Positions 62,219 to 64,000 of a stretch of DNA of 64,000 nt are shown piece after piece. Each line of letters opens with the position of its first letter. The stretch's first letter is position 1. This stretch comes from an uncultured Spirochaetaceae bacterium (lineage in GTDB: Bacteria; Myxococcota_A; UBA9160; UBA4427): positions 7,649-71,648 of the forward strand of contig CAYYSY010000105.1 of NCBI GenBank assembly GCA_964474355.1, written 5' to 3'. The notes under the pieces are model-generated. The model was given only the letters and a program-made list of their open reading frames with translations, did no database searches and was not told the DNA's origin. The translations under genes were made by a program, and so were the position numbers.

Positions 62219-62842
62219 TCAGAAGCGCAGCGTCACGTAGGCGCCGAAGGTGAGAAAGCGCATGTCGGAGAGATCGCCCGTCGGCATGACGTAGGCGAGC
62301 TCACCCGACACGGCGAGATGCCGCGTGATGTAGACGTCGAGGCCGCCCCCGAAGCGACCGGCGAAGGCGACCTCGGTGTCATCGAATCCCGCCCCCCCGC
62401 AATCCATCGCCACCCCGTTCGTGTCGGTGCAGTCGAGACTCGCCCACAAGAAGCCGGCGCCGCCGAGCGCGAAGGGCTGGAAGCGGCCGCCGAACGGATA
62501 GAGCTTGAGGTTGGTGAAGCCGAGCAGGGTCGAAGCGTCGATCGACTGGGCGTCGTCGTTCGACAGCTCGAAGCCGGTGACCGTGTAGTCGAAGCCCAGG
62601 TCGAGGGAGGCGAAGCGGTTCATCCGCGACCCGACGCGCCCGCCCACCAGGAACGCGTTGCTCACATCGTGGCCGCGCGGATCGAGCTCGCCGTGGAACG
62701 TCTCGAACGCGCCGCCGATCCCGGCCGAGACGTAGCCGCCCGGGCGTGCGAACGCCGAGTCGGCACGTGAGACTGCGGCCGCTCCGACCACGAGCACGAC
62801 GAGCAGAAGGACGAAACGCACACGCGAAAGCCAGTCGGACAT
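62219..62842 (-). CDS. Outer-membrane beta-barrel protein (OmpA-like 8-strand porin family)
   Basis: Signal peptide, PFALGGAGF, GGGLDVYIT, terminal beta-signal YVTLRF. Confidence 0.8.
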   Translation of the reverse strand: MSDWLSRVRFVLLLVVLVVGAAAVSRADSAFARPGGYVSAGIGGAFETFHGELDPRGHDVSNAFLVGGRVGSRMNRFASLDLGFDYTVTGFELSNDDAQSIDASTLLGFTNLKLYPFGGRFQPFALGGAGFLWASLDCTDTNGVAMDCGGAGFDDTEVAFAGRFGGGLDVYITRHLAVSGELAYVMPTGDLSDMRFLTFGAYVTLRF

Positions 62843-62972
62843 GAGCCCCCCTCGGCATCCGACGCGCGTCGGGCGACTCCGAGGAGGAGCCCGGGACGAG
62901 CGCGCGGGACGCACCGCTGAGTGCGGCTGGGAGCCGGCAGCAGGCGGCGGGGTTCCGCGAACCTGTGTGGAT

Positions 62973-63860
62973 TCAGTTGCTGGGCTTGCGAGGGGCGATC
63001 AGATCGCGTTTCAGGCTGATCAGGTCCGATACGCGCTCGACGAGCGCCGTGTCGGCGTCGCGCCGCATGAGGACCAGCGCCGACGTGCAGATCGTCTCGA
63101 CCTTCTTCGGGCGGAAGCCCCCCGTCAGCGCGACCTTCTGCTTCTTGTAGATGACCGTGCCGTCGGCGAGGGGCTCGAGCAGCGCGGCATCGGTGACCGG
63201 CATGATGGCCAGGGCGTCGTTTCGAGTCACCGCGCGCAGCATCTTGTGATCGAGGTTGAGGGGATCGGTCACCCACACGACGGCGTCGAAGCGTCCGACA
63301 CCGAGCTGGTTCAGCGCGAGCGTGCCGCCCTGGGCGTCCACCTCGTTGCCGGCGAGCTCTGGGTCACGCTCGGAGAGCCAGCGCCAGGATCCCGCCGGTC
63401 CGCCATCGGGCGGGCCCACGGCGACCGATGCGGGCTGACCGTCGGGCGGCGCCTTCAGGTCCGCGAACTGTTCGATCCGTCCCCCGATGCGATGGGCGAC
63501 GTAGAGGCACTCGTCCGAGAGGCGCCCGATCACCTGCAGATCGGCCGTCTCGCCCGCCGCGAACGCGACCGCGAACACGTCCGCCTGCACGAAGGCGATG
63601 TCGGCCCTGCCCTCCCGCAGCAGCTCGATGTTCTCGGCCGATCCCGCCGTGTCGCGATAGAAGACCTTCGTGCCGCGCATCTGCGACTCGAGGTTCGCGC
63701 CGTAGATCGAGCGGTAGGTGCCACCTTCGGGGCCCGTCGCCAGCCAGACGGCCGACTCGCCAGCAGCCAATGACGCGAGCGGAAGGCAGACGAGCCCGGC
63801 GAGGAGCAGCAGCGCGCCGGGAACAAGGGATGACGTCGAGCGAGGACGGGATGCGATCAT
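62973..63860 (-). CDS. TAXI-family TRAP solute-binding protein
   Basis: Signal peptide, LATGPEGGTY, TAGSAENIELLREGRADIAFVQAD. Confidence 0.8.
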   Translation of the reverse strand: MIASRPRSTSSLVPGALLLLAGLVCLPLASLAAGESAVWLATGPEGGTYRSIYGANLESQMRGTKVFYRDTAGSAENIELLREGRADIAFVQADVFAVAFAAGETADLQVIGRLSDECLYVAHRIGGRIEQFADLKAPPDGQPASVAVGPPDGGPAGSWRWLSERDPELAGNEVDAQGGTLALNQLGVGRFDAVVWVTDPLNLDHKMLRAVTRNDALAIMPVTDAALLEPLADGTVIYKKQKVALTGGFRPKKVETICTSALVLMRRDADTALVERVSDLISLKRDLIAPRKPSN

Positions 63861-63935
63861 GGCGGGATGATATCCCGCGCGCCGATCCCGGTCAGGGCGA
63901 CCTCCAGGGCGTGTCGTCGCGGGGACGCCCCCGAC

Positions 63936-64000
63936 TCAGTTCAGGCGGCCCCGCCAGATGCGGGCCACCTCGCGGACGGCGTCGGCCGCCGACGCACAGG
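63936..64000 (-). CDS. Probable 3' end of a gene that starts beyond the window
   Basis: Open minus-strand frame ..ASAADAVREVARIWRGRLN-stop with host-like codons; too short to classify. Confidence 0.3.
   Translation of the reverse strand, partial: CASAADAVREVARIWRGRLN

Noticed and set aside
1-64000. tRNA, rRNA, riboswitch, transposase, integrase or prophage genes
   Set aside because: No recognisable signatures by eye; a covariance-model scan (tRNAscan-SE, Infernal/Rfam) of the long spacers at 41905-42733 and 56204-56469 would be decisive

Overview
GC-rich, gene-dense 64 kb window from a diderm bacterium. PEP-CTERM proteins, lipoproteins, outer-membrane barrels and a heavy lipid/aromatic-catabolism content suggest an aquatic or sediment Myxococcota-like lineage (inference only). 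About 55 CDS are supportable: four crotonases, a family III CoA-transferase, a thiolase/DUF35 pair, two SDRs, two PhyH dioxygenases, an old yellow enzyme, P450, GH3, sulfatase, rimO, ppk1, and a TTQ amine dehydrogenase cluster (mauB-E-D-A plus cytochrome c, no mauG in the window). I saw no rRNA, tRNA, CRISPR array, transposase or integrase. The best candidates for new biology are: (1) a four-gene cassette at 42.7-47.0 kb (response regulator, DyP peroxidase with a ~200 aa unexplained C-terminal extension, polytopic histidine kinase, ComQ-like DDxxD prenyltransferase) whose parts resemble a ComQXPA-type prenylated-signal system; (2) a fusion of a styrene-oxide-isomerase-like membrane domain to a FAD sugar-lactone oxidoreductase at 52.1-53.9 kb; (3) a recurring pattern in which the last codons plus stop of five unrelated genes are repeated directly downstream. 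Family calls come from motif recognition by eye; no database search was run, and many start codons are best guesses.
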